A stretch of DNA of 63,062 nucleotides, filler included, from Octopus bimaculoides (Eukaryota): the NCBI RefSeq assembly GCF_001194135.2. It is 4 parts of 4 records of this genome, joined end to end, with 100 filler letters (N's around TTAATTAATTAA, not from the genome) between each part and the next. Parts side by side here need not be neighbours in the genome. Positions count along the whole stretch, not along the records: positions 37,685 to 58,681 come from NC_068999.1; 3 more parts are not named here. One strand, 5' to 3'. Both the position numbers and the translations under genes were made by a program. Numbering within the stretch: the stretch's first letter is position 1; the number at the start of each line of letters is the position of its first letter. The notes beneath the pieces were generated by a model. That model made no database searches. It worked only from the letters and a program-made list of their open reading frames with translations, and was not told the origin of the DNA. Of this stretch, positions 37,820-51,907 are shown in pieces.

Positions 37820-38367
37820 GTGTATGAATTGATGTATGTGAGTCTCTAGTTATTTATATGAGAAAGATATATACTTATGTATATATATTTTGCATATACT
37901 TGTGAGATATATGCACCCATGTATGTATATACATAAATTATCGTTTCTATATGTTTTGTATAAATATCTAAGTGTCTTAGGAAATGTGCATATACACAAC
38001 AATGTGAATTAGTATAGAGATAAACGTCTAAATTGATGTATGTCAAACAAATAGGCTAGTCATCATAAAACTGTCAACTGAACCCAGCGCAGATGTAAAT
38101 ATCTTTAGACCAGTTACATAAAGAGATACATATCTGCTACTGACAATAAATTCTTAAACTGCCTTACACTCGTAAGCACTAGCTGAAGTACAACTTAATC
38201 CCATTTGGCAATCGAAATACTATTTTTTCTGTAAAATTTATTTTTTATTCTCTTGTTATATAAGCAATGGAAGCTAACGTAATGCATTCTGAACATACCG
38301 ATGCTGAAGTAAAGATATGATGTATATATCTGGTCTAAACATTATATTCGTCTATGCGTGTGGCTCA

Positions 38368-38658
38368 TTGGCTTAGGCATTCAGCTAACGATTGTAGGTT
38401 CGTTAGTTCTATACCCGGCGGCTCTCTACGTTTTTCAGCAGGATGCTTATTTCACGTAGATCCAGTCCGTTAAGCCGACAAAAAATTTATAGTACACATA
38501 TTTCAAAGGACTAGATTATTAAAAACAAATTTTGCGTCGCGTTAAGGGTATCGTGTCTGTGGAGTGCTCAGCCACTTGCATGGTAATTTCACAAAGCAGG
38601 TTGTTCTGTCGATCAGATCACATGGAACACTCGTGGTTGTAACCGACGGAGTGCCAGC
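38368..38658 (+). mobile_element. Diverged SINE sharing the family C 3' domain
   Basis: gttaagggtatcgtgtctgtggagtgctcagccacttgc...gtaaccgacggagtgcc matches 27415-27527. Confidence 0.75.
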
Positions 38659-38714
38659 TCATGCATGTAAACATTGTACATGTATGTGTGCGTGCATGCT
38701 TACATACATACATG

Positions 38715-38866
38715 GGTCAGATGCGGTAAGGAGCTTGCTTCCCCACCTTATAGTTCCGGGTTCAGTCCCACTGCGTGGCACCTTGGGCAAGTGTCTTCTA
38801 CTATAGCTTCGGGCCGATCAAAGCCTTGTGAGTAGATTTCATAGGAAACTGAAAGAAGCCCGCGGT
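38715..38866 (+). mobile_element. SINE family A 5' half
   Basis: gttccgggttcagtcccactgcgtggcaccttgggcaagtgtcttctactatagc...gaaactgaaagaagcccg. Confidence 0.85.
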
Positions 38867-39309
38867 ATGTAAATAAATTCTTTCTAGTTGTAGTTATAGA
38901 AGAAACCTTAATTACAACCCTCATTCTCTTGGAGTTATGAATTGAATACTGATCTATTTAACTGTTAGAAAATCTCAAAACAAAACCACGCTGTTTGCTA
39001 TATGAATCGATTGAAATCATATTGGGACGATCTGAATCCAGAATTAAATCCTTTTACTCCGAAGCATCTACACTAACAAGCAACATTTGTAAAACCCATG
39101 AAGAAGGTTAGTAACTGTAATTTTATTAAAATATCGAAAATTAACCATCTTCTTCCGAACTCTATAAACAAATACGTGAATGATCTAAGACAACCACGTT
39201 GTTTCGCAGCTAGCGACATTTCAACAGATTCTATAATGCCTACCAGCCAAACTATGTTACTGGCTCATTAGCTCAAATAACTGACCACATTCCCGCTACT
39301 ACAACTATG

Positions 39310-39415
39310 GTAAATAGGAGGCAAAATCGACCTCGGCGGAATAACTCAGAATGTAGCGACATACGAAGTACTGCTAAGCGTTTTGCTCGGCGTGCTAACG
39401 ATTATGCCAGCCCGT
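39310..39415 (-). mobile_element. SINE family B head
   Basis: tcgacctcggcggaataactcagaatgt...gctaagcgttttgctcggcgtgctaacgattatgccagc. Confidence 0.8.
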
Positions 39416-39435
39416 CGCCTTTAATAATAATAATC

Positions 39436-39471
<36 letters not shown>

Positions 39472-39474
<3 letters not shown>

Positions 39475-40027
39475 GCCCGGATGCAGTACCAAGTAGTGGC
39501 TCTCATGGCTTCTGATCTTAATTGATTGGAAGTGTTATCATGTACATTGTTTTGTCGTGGTATATAAGATGGGCGACAGCAAATATTCTGCTTAATACCA
39601 CAGATTTGCTTGTTAGTTGGTTGACCTTAACCAGTTGAGCATGTCCCTTGCTGGCTGACAATATGTGCGTCTCTGATCATGAGCAGAAGTAGTTGGGGAG
39701 CATCATAGCCATCTGTTGAGAGGAATTTTGGGGGTTTGAATAATTCATCTTTGGAAACATGGGTGTTTTGCTCAACATCCTTAAACAAACCTTATTCAGG
39801 CACCTTTTGAATGGGATGGGCTACTCGACCTGAAGAAAATTCTAACTGGGCCCCACCTGCGAGGTCATGCGCTGTTTATCTTGATATGAGATCACTATGT
39901 CGCGCGCACATGGTTGTGATGCATGCAACTGGTGTACCCTTATCAGACGGGTAGTCATAAGGGGTATACTGGGCTTCGTATATTTTACCCCAGTGTCACT
40001 TTGATGGCATGCACTGCTCTCTCACTC
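39472..40027 (+). mobile_element. Family E ~555-bp non-coding element flanked by (AAT)n on both sides
   Basis: Begins aatgcccggatgcagtacc after (AAT)n and ends ctctctcactc before aataataat; second copy at 28150-28637. Confidence 0.8.
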
Positions 40028-40046
40028 AATAATAATGATAATATTT

Positions 40047-40204
40047 AGAAGAAGAAGAAGAAGAAGAAGAAGAAGAAGAAGAAGAAGAAGAAGAAGAAGA
40101 AGAAGAAGAAGAAGAAGAAGAAGAAGAAGAAGAAGAAGAAGAAGAAGAAGAAGAAGAAGAAGAAGAAGAAGAAGAAGAAGAAGAAGAAGAAGAAGAAGAA
40201 GAAG
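40047..40204. repeat. Uninterrupted (GAA)~52
   Basis: Directly visible; source of the poly-Arg ORF. Confidence 0.97.
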
Positions 40205-40479
40205 GTGTGTGAATGTGTGTGTGAACGCTCTGTTGGAAACTTATTGGCTTTGTTATATTAGAAAATGGAAGCTGACGTGATATATTGTAATAAAATTTTT
40301 GAACATTTTAAACTTTTATTCGAGTTGCACAAATCGGCAGTACCTCTGGGGTATTTAGCGTGATTTAAATAGCGTCCCTGTATAAGAGATAAAGTGGCAC
40401 TAGTAGGGCGGTTTTACTAAATATTGATTACAACTATTACCACGATTTATTTGTGTTTCTACTAGAAGGACAAGGCTTG

Positions 40480-40640
40480 GCGTTTGAGTGAATCAGGATA
40501 GTCGATGATGAACTGGTACAGGGATGAATTGGTACTAATTTCTTCGATCCCGACGGAAGAATTGCAAAGTCGGCCTCGGCGAAATTTGAACACAGAACGT
40601 AAAGTCGAACATATTCTGACACTGAAAGTAATGATATTTT
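40480..40640 (-). mobile_element. SINE family B fragment
   Basis: aaagtcggcctcggcgaaatttgaacacagaacgt. Confidence 0.7.
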
Positions 40641-41149
40641 GCTAAACACGGATTCGTAGCAATGCCATATAAACGGACAAGATATAGTTTAAGGCGTGAC
40701 TCATTTGTAGATGATCTAGCACGGAGACATAAAGTACAAAATAGATATAAATAGCAATCAAATTTAAAAAAATATAACATTAAATCCCATATGTTGCAAG
40801 GCAACTATTCCCCTACTCTGTCTTAGTCGGCCATTTTCCTCTAACGAAAATTATTAATTATATCATAACTTATGATGAGTTCTTCTTGCCATCAAAAGAA
40901 CTACTTCATGTAAAATATGCAAATTTTATATCTAACAGTTTTATGTTAATGAACATATGGTGGAGAGCTTAGTGTAAAAACGTAAAACACTGAAATTCAA
41001 TTTAGAATCCTTTAACTGTCTCTCTTAAAATTCAACTGAAAACGTGACTCTAATATGACTTGAAAAACAACGATTGAAGTGTCAGCAATCAGTCAAGTAA
41101 ACAATGTGAATTATAACAAAGAAAAAAAAACGGATGCATAATATTAATA

Positions 41150-41158
41150 ACGGTGACG

Positions 41159-41222
<64 letters not shown>

Positions 41223-41270
41223 GTAATAATAATAATGATGATGATGATGAGGATAATAATAGTAATAATA

Positions 41271-41314
<44 letters not shown>

Positions 41315-41738
41315 AGTAATACTAATTATGATGATAATAATGAAAATAATAACAATAATAATAATAAAACAATAATGAAATGGTAATAATATTAATATTA
41401 ATAATATTAATGATAATAATAAAGATGATGGTGATGAGGATATTGGTGATGATAAAGACGGCGATTAAATAATAGTGATATTAATAATAATAACACTCGT
41501 AATAGNNNNNNNNNNNNNNNNNNNNNNNNNNNNNNNNNNNNNNNNNNNNNNNNNNNNNNNNNNNNNNNNNNNNNNNNNNNNNNNNNNNNNNNNNNNNNNN
41601 NNNNNNNNNNNNNNNNNNNNNNNNNNNNNNNNNNNNNNNNNNNNNNNATGACGATGGTGGTGATGATGATGATGATGACGATGGTGATGATGATGATGAT
41701 GACGATGGTGGTGATGATGATGATGATGACGATGGTGG

Positions 41739-41771
<33 letters not shown>

Positions 41772-41807
41772 CGATGGTGGTGATGATGATGATGATGACG
41801 ACGGTGG

Positions 41808-41847
<40 letters not shown>

Positions 41848-41873
41848 AATGATGATGGTGGTGATGATGATGG

Positions 41874-41904
<31 letters not shown>

Positions 41905-41910
41905 AACAGT
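41150..41910. repeat. Compound (AAT)n/(GAT)n/(GGT)n arrays around a gap
   Basis: Directly visible. Confidence 0.95.
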
Positions 41911-43224
41911 AAAGACTAGACAAATATTTTCGAACGATTCCAGTCTGTGTCTTCGTATATGACAAAGCTGGTTTAACATCTGTTGAGATGTTATCGTATA
42001 ATTTAACGTAAAATTCTGTTGAAAGTGGTGAGAATTTTACAGAGAATTATTGTTTCTCAGATTAAAAAAAAATAGTGAAAAAAATATACTAAAATGCAAT
42101 AAATATGATATTTTCGTGTTAACGAAAAACCAGTCAGCGGAGTCTGTAATATAGTTTCAACTTCCCAAAATTCAATTACCTTTATTTTCTAGTATCTCGG
42201 ATCTTATACTAACTTAACTGATGAGATAATAATTCGATACGTATTACCAAAAATGTGTTTTTGTTATAAAGCTACAAGAAAGATTAAAACAATTGTAGTT
42301 AATGCTGCGGCATATAGTTTACTTAGGTTGCGATTTCAGTGTCTATTATCTCCAGGAATAATGGAATCATGAAAGCCATTTATTAGATGTTTCGATTATA
42401 GGACTACGACAATGCTGGGAATTACCTTCAAGAGTACATTTGATCGTAATTGTTTTTTCTGATGTCTGTGTTGTATTCCTTAAGGTCTGTGTAAACTGTA
42501 TACAATTTACACCGAAAATTATAAATTATAACAGGGAAGCAAACACGCATAAAACATTTATATATAACTTGGGTTAACAGTGTAACTTGGGCTAACAGTT
42601 AAGTGGTTTCCTTCGCAGCCAAAAGGCCGTGTGTTCGATACGTTCATGTGCCATCACGGTCATGTGACATTTTCTACAGCTTGTGGTCGTGACTTTAGGA
42701 AATGATTCTAATCAGAGAGAAAACACAAAGAAAACCAATGGATATGTTGTTCTCTATTGCATAACATACAGTCCTGTCACACACAATCTGTCTCGCTCGT
42801 TTTGCTTCCTACTTACATTAATAATACACGTGTGTGTGTGTGTGTAGTGTGTGTGTGTGTGTGTGTAGTGTGTATTAGTGTATGACATATACAGCAACTA
42901 ATATGTTGTTGCCCTGTTGATTCAACAACTGAATTGTCGAACGACGAGTATCCACATGCATGCTCTGATAAATAGTCATGTATGTATGTCAGGACAGCGC
43001 AATTGTTTTGGCTCGCGGGTCCCTTTGAGAGTGCTGTGGTTAGTGAAGGGCCGTACCTTCTATAACGGACCGTATTCATTAGTTACCATTACATTTCATT
43101 TAATGCGAAGTGTAAATTACATAATAATAATAAATAAAGAAAACTAAAAAGATAGTATTAAACAGAAAAGGTTTCACTAAATCTATTTATGTGCTAATTA
43201 CACATCATAATGAGACAAATGTTA

Positions 43225-44365
43225 TCTGTCACACTTATTTATAATTGTTTTGAAATCAGGTCCCTTATTGAGATACTCATCGCTACCTAGAAGTTTATGT
43301 CAGCCACTAAGAATAGATTTTTACTCTTGTTGATTTTCATGCAAGAAAAACTTTGCTCACGAATATATGCGGATCCAAAAACAGAACATTTTTCCTGCAA
43401 ATTTATTTACACATGGAAATTTGTCAGTAGATAGAGATTTGCAAAATTCTGTCAATGCTAGAGAATTAAACATTTCCTTCAGCGTGTGATCTGACTGCGT
43501 GTTAGTTACTTCAACGTGCACCTCCTCAGATGCTGATGGGATGAGATAACAAATTTGAATCGGGCACAATTCTCTTAAAATCCGGAATTCTTCTTGTGAC
43601 CTGATCCTCAAAACTCTGCAAATGATTCCTAATCTTGGAAGAAACACTTGTGTTTTCTTGATAGAGGGAAATGATAAAACTTTCCCTCACTTGCCGTACA
43701 AATAGACCTAGTTTTTTTTTTATTTATTAAGGATCTCACATGCCTAAACATTTAATGTATAAAAAACACCCTTTACCTGCTATGTCGCATTCTGTTCATT
43801 CAATTTCTCAAACATATCAGCTGCAAGCATCATCTCATATCTCCACTCCTCACATACCATTTTGATCACAAAATCACATGAAATCCCCCTTCATGACCAG
43901 AAATAGGAGAATTTCATTCTGCAATTCACAAACCCGTTTTAACGTTTTGCCCAGGCTCAACAACCGGACATTGTTGTGGTAAATCACATCTCCATACTCT
44001 GACTCTATATCCTCAAGCAGAGATTTAAGTTATCAATGGTAGAACGCCCTGGATCCGATTATGTTCACCACGCTCAGTACAGAATTCACAACATGCTTTA
44101 GATCCTGTGCAGATTTACAGAGGCTTTCCTGGTGCGAAAAAGCAATGAAAAAACAAGATACCACTGTCTTGATGTTCTGCCTTTAACTTTTTCTCTGAAA
44201 GTTTAATTAAACCCACATTTTTCCTGTAAATTCTCTGGCCCTGTCTGTTGTAATACTTGCCATTTTATTCCATCACAAGGCACTTTTATCTACACGAACC
44301 ACAACACATTCAAACAAGTCTTGACCAGTGGTTGTATTTTTACTTAATAGACTGCCATTCACATA
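43225..44365 (-). mobile_element. hAT (Charlie/SPIN/GTF2IRD2-like) transposase remnant
   Basis: Reverse frames give TTTGQDLFECV...WNKMASITTDRAREFTGK...FFHC..., EWRYEMMLAADMFEKLNEQN, DHTLKEMF..LTEFCKSL..KFPCVNKFAGKM and GSAYIREQSFSCMKINKSK (hAT dimerisation motif). Many lesions. Confidence 0.82.
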
Positions 44366-44972
44366 CTACATAGACCACCCTCCCCTCTTCCTCTTACTTA
44401 GCACCTCTACTACTATAACTCCCTACTAGCCTCCTTATTAACTCTTAACCCTTGAAATTGAATTTATCCTCTTATTATTCTCCACCCGAATACCTCCCCA
44501 ATTTCCCCCTTTAATCCACTCAGCACTCCACAAAATCATTCCTTCTTATACCTTCTTTCTTTCAATACCTCCAAAGTAAGATCTCTTCCCTGAAAACGGA
44601 GTCTCGTCTGATCTGACGATTGAACCAATCTACAAATATTATTATGGACCACCGTGAGCCAGAAAGAGCTGTTGGATTTGTAAGAATTTTCTTCAAATCC
44701 TTTAATTCTCGATATCATTTCTTTTCAGTGTATGTATGTAAACGTATAAACATTGTTTTCCTTTTTTATGTATTTAATATACTTCATGTATTTCGTTTAC
44801 TTTATATATTGACATGTCTAACTTGCTTATACCTACATTTACTTCTCTACCCGCTCAAGTCTAAATCTCTTGAGAATTAATAAGTGCATTCTACACAGAG
44901 AACATCTATGAACTATATACGTACGTGCGTGTGTATGTGTGTGTCTTTGTTGTGTGCGTATGTGTGTATTAT

Positions 44973-45037
<65 letters not shown>

Positions 45038-45584
45038 AAGATAGATAGATAGATATTCATATATATGTGTGTTTATATATATACGTATATGTATATATAT
45101 TTATATACATGCATATTGTGTGTGCGTATACACAGGAGCGTTGGAGCTGGTTTGCTTTCAAACAACGTTGTCGTTTATTAATTCCAACATTTGCACACAT
45201 GAACTCAACGCAGAGTAATATGATGTAGAATAACTTGATCCTGGGTCCACCGTCCCTACGGTAAGCTGGAACGTTTCTAGAAAAGTGATATTTACGTAGG
45301 TGCAACGGAACGGTACGACTGAAGAGTGTAAAATGGTAAAAAAGAAACCAGGAGAGGAACAAATTTTTACAAATATTGTATTAGTTTAGCACCTGTAAAT
45401 TAATACTTTATCTGTTAAAACGTGTTATTTCTGCGTTGTCTTTTTTTGTGTGTTTATTGCTTTCGTAATATATAGGGCCGAAATATTTATATGCAGTACA
45501 GAAAAAAATCAACCAATTTATGAATTCAATCTCTTTAGCCGTTAATTTTATTGTGCTGTCTTTTTATCTCTCCTCTATCCCCAC

Positions 45585-45905
45585 TTGGCTCAGTGGTTAG
45601 TACATCAGGCTCACTATCAAGTGGTAGTGTGTTCGATTCCCGACCGTACTGTATGTTGTGTTCTCGAGCAAGTCACTTTATTTCACATTGTTTCAGGTCA
45701 CTCAGCTTTAGAAATGAGTTGTGACGTCACAGGTGCCAAGCTGTATCGGCCTTTGCCTTTCTCTTGGATAACATCAATGGCGTGGAGACTGATATGCATG
45801 GGTGACTGCTGGTCTTCCAAAACAACGTCGCCCGGACTTGCGCCTCGGAGGGTAACTTTCTCGGTACAATCCCACGGTCATTAATGACCGAATGAGTCTT
45901 TATCC
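45585..45905 (+). mobile_element. tRNA-derived SINE family D
   Basis: tggctcagtggttag A-box, gtgttcgattccc B-box and CORE-like tgttctcgagcaagtcacttt. Confidence 0.8.
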
Positions 45906-48149
45906 TTTACCCTATCTACCCTACTCCAAATTTTCTCCCATCACTCACATACAAACAAAACATACACACAATTCCAGACCATCTTTCTGAGACAACTGCA
46001 GATCAGTTTCAAGAAGTAGCTTTCAGCGGACGACAATGAAATGGCTCTTGGAGAGTGGGTACAAATAAGCTTCCTAGTGTCTGGGATGCATAGCTTTCAA
46101 GTGGTATGATGTGTATCTGCAAGTTACCTTGCAAATAAAAACGAACTTCAGAATATTAAGAGAGAGAGAATAACCCTGTTCGGTACGTACCATAACCCCC
46201 TGGAAATATACGTGTATCTCATAATAACACCTTTTTTTTACTACCACACCGTTATAACTATCAGTCTATTAATATTGTTTTTCTTGATCCTCCTTATTTT
46301 ACATCAGGCCCGTATTCTATTCCTCATGCATTAATCTCCGATTTTTAAAATCATTCCTGTAACATCGTCAACATTTCTGGCAAAATGGTGACGATCTTAC
46401 AACACAAAACGAGAAATTTCAAGGCTGATATACATAGGTACTTTGAAGTTAAAACAGGATGTAGAAATAGCTGGAATACGTTTGATTAGAGGTTTGTTTG
46501 ATCAGTGATGAGCAAGATCTAAAGATCATCACCACGACACTACCAATAACAACATGAAAGTAACAGCAACAAACCACCACATATTTCCAGGTTAATGAGA
46601 CCCGAAATGACAACCAACAACATTAGATATAGTATAATTGTTATTAAACGTTTAAATCGTAAATTGGAACAACAAGTTAAATATGAAACGTATAAGTCCT
46701 ACGCAGCTCGTTCTAAATAAACAATACATCTAGTAATATATATTAAATCATACAACACATCAAGTTTAACAAATACTGTGTTTATCAAACCAATTTCACT
46801 CAACTTTCAATATTGCAACCATATCGTCCTGGTGTAATTAAAGTTTCTTTGAAATTGTAGAAAGAAAAGCGTTATGTCAACAGTTCCAGGATTAATTCAC
46901 TACAAAGTCATTTAATGAGATTTCAACACAACTTGTATAAATCGCGAATGAAATAAGCGATTTATTTAAAATATCTTATCGAGCTTTTCCGAGGATTAGT
47001 TTTCTTAAGTAATCCTGTCAGTAACATGTAAATACTTTGCCGAAATTCATTCATTCTTAACTTCATATTCAAAGCAGGGATTATGATTCAATGCATCGAT
47101 TTTTGATATCCTTTCATATTGTGCTGGAATTCCATATTTTCAAGAAGACTCATATGCTAAGCCAGTACTTCTAACGTGTCATATGCGGTTATACAGTGTG
47201 CCTAAATATAAACACGTGAGTTAAATTGAAACGCAATATGTGCAAAAAGTTTAACGAGTTAAATGAGTGGTTTGTAACTGGAGTTATGAATGTCTATTCC
47301 ATGAAAATATAAAAGTTAGTGGCGTCTAAAATAATGGCTTGTATGTTGAAATCATGCTGTGTAATATGTTCATAGATACTTGTGTGTCCGTGTGTGATTG
47401 TATATGTGTGTGGGGGAGTGTCTTTTAATTATTTAAATTCTAAATTTGCCTGAAAAGCAAAGAACTAGTTTCAAGTAAATAAACAAAGGCTTTCTACTAC
47501 GATTTGGTAACAACAAATAAATGTTACACGTTGTATTTTAGAGGTAAAATCCATATTTTGCACTGTTCGGCTTAGAGAATGCATCTATAATATATGTAAT
47601 ATCTGTTTTGTTGACTGCAAAAATAGAACTAGCTTTACCAAATTGTCAGTCAAACATTTAATAACATATCGAAGGATTACTGTAATCTTTTTTTTAGAAA
47701 CGTGAATTTATACACAGAGTAGATAAGATGGCAGCTTCAAGGCTGTTATGCAAAAGTATTTTCCAATTTTGGAAGAGTTGTTCACGTCTACACAGTGTAG
47801 GATTTTCCTTTTTCGTCTTAAATAATTATATCAGGTATTTTATGTTTGCAAGGGGTACAAAATTCTTTGCATTAAACTCCATATATCCAATAACAGAAGC
47901 ACCGTTTATGAGTATCCAAGAGCAGTCTCTCTATTGGATGGCGTTATACACACACATATATATATGTGCAACAAAATCATGTTGCTTGGGGAAATATTGC
48001 ACCGATAAAAAAGTATTTCGAGGTAGCTCAGATGACTTGTTAAAACTCATCCTAAAAAAATATACTTAACCATGTAACACGGTTGCACCCTCTACGTTTA
48101 ATATCTTCAATATCTCTTTTCCTCTTTATATATTTCTTCGCTCTTCTTC

Positions 48150-49000
48150 AATCTTGATTTGCAAATTCATCACTGACGACATGTGATGTAAGGTTCACGA
48201 ACCCAATAAAGTCTACACTTCATGTTAATAGTATGATCCTCCTCTGGTTTATTAGAAACATTGCCATGCATAGCATTTTCGTTGTAAGAAGAGTTTCAAA
48301 CTTTCACGTCTGTATTAAGGTAAACTCCTTCTCCTACTCCTCTGGGTTTATGTCAGATGGTACCAGAGAGTGAATACCTTTTTAGGTCTTCACTTATCCA
48401 TAGGATATTATGCAGCTTATTTTTGTGTTCTTGGTTGCTGTCGTTGTACAGTACATATCTGAGTGGTAACATACGACACCCAAACGGCTTTTTTCTTTTT
48501 TTTTTTTTGAAAAGTGTACTTTATGTCAGTATCCTTCATGTTTTATAAATATCTCTGCAGCGGATTTCCTGTACAAACCAGTCGTATACATCTAACTTTG
48601 GTATCATTGATTCCTTATACAAATGGGTTTTGAAATAGTGTCATGTTCTAAAATGAAATCTTTCACATATATACTTTTAGCATTCTGTGGTATTCTGTTG
48701 CTTACTCTATTTTTGTTTCGCAGTACTGTCTAATGATATGCTTTCGTCACTGCCTAGTTATTTGTAACATCGGTGGGTAAGGAAATGGAGATTCAGAGAA
48801 TACTAGTTTCACGTTTGCGAGTTGGAGTTGTTTTTCTTTCTTTGTCACTGTCAAATATGAACTTTTAATTCTTTCCATATATTAGTAGAACGTTCATAAC
48901 TAAGCCATCTGACCTTCATTATTAATAGTTCGAATCTATTTGTTTACATCAATTGTTCCCTCTTCACCTTGGAGTCTTTAACTTTTGTGTGACACAGTAG
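48150..49000 (-). mobile_element. Possible second, very decayed hAT-like transposase remnant
   Basis: KVRWLSYERSTNIWKELKVH (RWLS motif) and a downstream HGN-like motif; otherwise stop-ridden. Confidence 0.4.
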
Positions 49001-51083
49001 ATATTAGTAAAAACTGTACTTCACATTTTGAATATATTGTTAACTGTAGCTATGAAATGATTCTACAACTTGCTCACTATACTAGTATTTAACTATTCAT
49101 ATTTTGCATTGGAGGTTGCTTTTTCTTTCTTCCAGGCTCGTTATCTATTTGGATTGCTTATCATGATTTCTTTCATCACCATGCGCTGCATATACTTTCC
49201 ATACACTTGTTGATAGTGACAGCAACCGTATACAAGTTTGTACTAGCATTCCAAACTTACTATATTTCTATATAGCTATAGTCCCTAACGGTATGGACAG
49301 TTACATGTAGCATGAGAAGAGTTGGCTTTTGATTCCTCTTCCATCGAAACATGACTATTATTAAATGGTAGCTTAGACAAAATGTAAACACAATTTCTTA
49401 ACTTTAGATTTTACCTGCATTTAAGCAGCATTTTATATTCTTCACTAATCTCTATTTGATCAATATATGAAGATGTTCAATAGCTGTCTGATTGTCACTA
49501 TTGTGACATCGGCTTGTTTACGTTTTTTGTGAGTTTCAATTGTAGATTTTCGTTGGTTATGAATACACCCACAAAGTCAACTAGAATCACAGGAATTAGA
49601 TTAACGATTGGTATCTGTGATGGTTATATTTCGGGCGTAGAAATATACCTGTAGTCAAAGTTGCTTCATTGTAAAATGGTTTCTCTTTTTCTAATTCGAT
49701 TTAGGGAGCAAATACAAAGTTTTTGCGAGTTTTTTTTTTTTTCTTTTTGAAAGAGCCAAATTACATGCTGATCTAAAAGCAAACAGCAAACGTACAAACG
49801 AAGTGAGTACAATATTTATATCATCTTAGATCGTCCACATAAGTGGCAGAACTACATGTATAGCTAGTGGTTATGGTATCGCTGGTGTCAGTCACGATGA
49901 TTTAAGAAAGATCACACGAGGTGAAGATATTCTGTGTAAAACGCAGTCAAATGACGCTACGTTAAGACGTTTCCCTTATATGTAATGGAAGAAAACTAAA
50001 CCGATTGTTAATGTAGTAATGGTATGCGCGACCTAATTCTCAGATAAATCGTTTAAAACAAAGAGTTTAATCGCTCTTCTGTCTTAATCTATGTGCAGTA
50101 ATCGATTAGCGGTGAAATGGTTTCAACTTCACATTTTTTAGTTAAATAGTTATATTCCGTACCATGAAACAGTAATCAAAATCTTATTTACAGCAATACT
50201 ATGACCATATAAATGTCAACTTCACAGGCTAGAAATTGCAGTTAAATGTCTATGAGCACGAAGGAATGGAAATGCAGCTATATGTGTGTGTGTGTGCTGC
50301 CACTAAACATGTTTACTCAACTGTGTCAGCGTAGATTTTCGGCGCTACATATCTAGTCACAGGCTATTAACGCACGGACGTAGTGGAAACCTAAAAATCC
50401 TCTAAGGCTAATCGCATGATCTTCCTCAACCATATTTGACAGATAAAATTCAGACAGCTTTCGTTCTTGGAGATTACCATTAGACGTGTTCACTCAACCA
50501 TGACAGCTTTATCTTATAGCACCGAGCCTATTCTTACATGACATAGAAAAACGGACATAGCGGGTAACTTATAAGAAACATTTAAACCTGATCACGTGAA
50601 CATGTCCGGCCAATCAAAACGTATATAAATCGGATACTAATTTGAGCTATCTTCTCTCTATGAAAACAAGATAGCATTGTTATAAATATGATTTTGAGAT
50701 GTAATTTAATACACTAACGAACTGTAATTAAGGGATTACATTATTGTGCCCAAATGCCGAATTTCATATGAAAACCGAACGAAACAACACGGCAAATAAT
50801 CTAAAGGGTTAATGGAATCACAAATACTATCCTAATAATTTCCATCACGATTTCGAAAACTACTTCCGATAATTTAATCTCTCTGCAGCTACAATTGTGA
50901 GCATATGTAACTGACATATCGGATTTGGCTTTTTATACGCATTCAGTATCATTAAAAAAATAATTTAGGTAGCGATCATCTATGTTTAAATTTGTTTTGA
51001 CTCTTCAAAACATGACTAAATATATTTGAAGAATTACAAATGCTATTACTATATAACCTGGTAATAGTTTTTATGACACTTTC

Positions 51084-51907
51084 TATGTGCACTCCAGAAT
51101 TTCTGAGACTTTTTCGAAGAAATACAAAACTTTAATCTCTTCCGAAGAAGGATCATCGAACTTCGATGCACTAGTTCCTGTGCTCCAGTAGGCTTATGAA
51201 ATTACTTCAATGTGAAGATGTCTAGCACCCTTGTCACGGCCTCTTTCGCTCTTTCCTTCGAGATCAACCGAAAGTCACAGGTAGCAAGGCCTGGACTGTA
51301 GGGATAGTGAGTTATAGTTCTGACGCCCATCGATGTCTGGTGCATTAATCTGGTATAGGTTCTACCGGTTTCAGTAGTAAGCTCTGGTCTGTTGCAACAA
51401 AATCTTTTCCTGAACGCGCTAAAAACCTTCACAAAGTACCATTTGTAGACCATATATCCAGAGGGAGCCCAGTAGATGTAAAATATGCCCTTCCTGTCGA
51501 AAAAGGAGATCATCATATGCATTCCGGGAGACTTACTTTGCCTGCCATCTTGTGTCCAGTGTAAAACAAAATGACCAGCTCATAGAAGTTAATCCACAAA
51601 ACAGACTGGAGCAGTTCATAATCTTCTGTGGTGTATGTGTCCAGTTTAACTCCAAACTCAATTACATAGCGAGCGCTTAAATTGGTGCCACACCCGGACT
51701 ACATTCTGTGAACTAGCCAGCTGTGACAAGCAATGTGTATTAGGGCGTGTTCAAAGAGTTGTTACAGCCCTCTCTTTCGATCTAAGACAGCAATTTGGAA
51801 CATAGGCTTATTATAAATTGAGAGTGATATACTAAAAGTACAATTATCTACAAGTGTTATAAGTGCCTTTCCTAAAAAACAAGTCTGAAAACTTCTGGAA
51901 CGCACAT
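51084..51907 (-). mobile_element. Internally deleted mariner (~825 bp) with both TIRs
   Basis: TIRs atgtgcactccagaatttctgagactt / aagtctgaaaacttctggaacgcacat; transposase remnant MMISFFDRKGI..WAPSG...HYPYSPGLATCDF. Confidence 0.85.
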
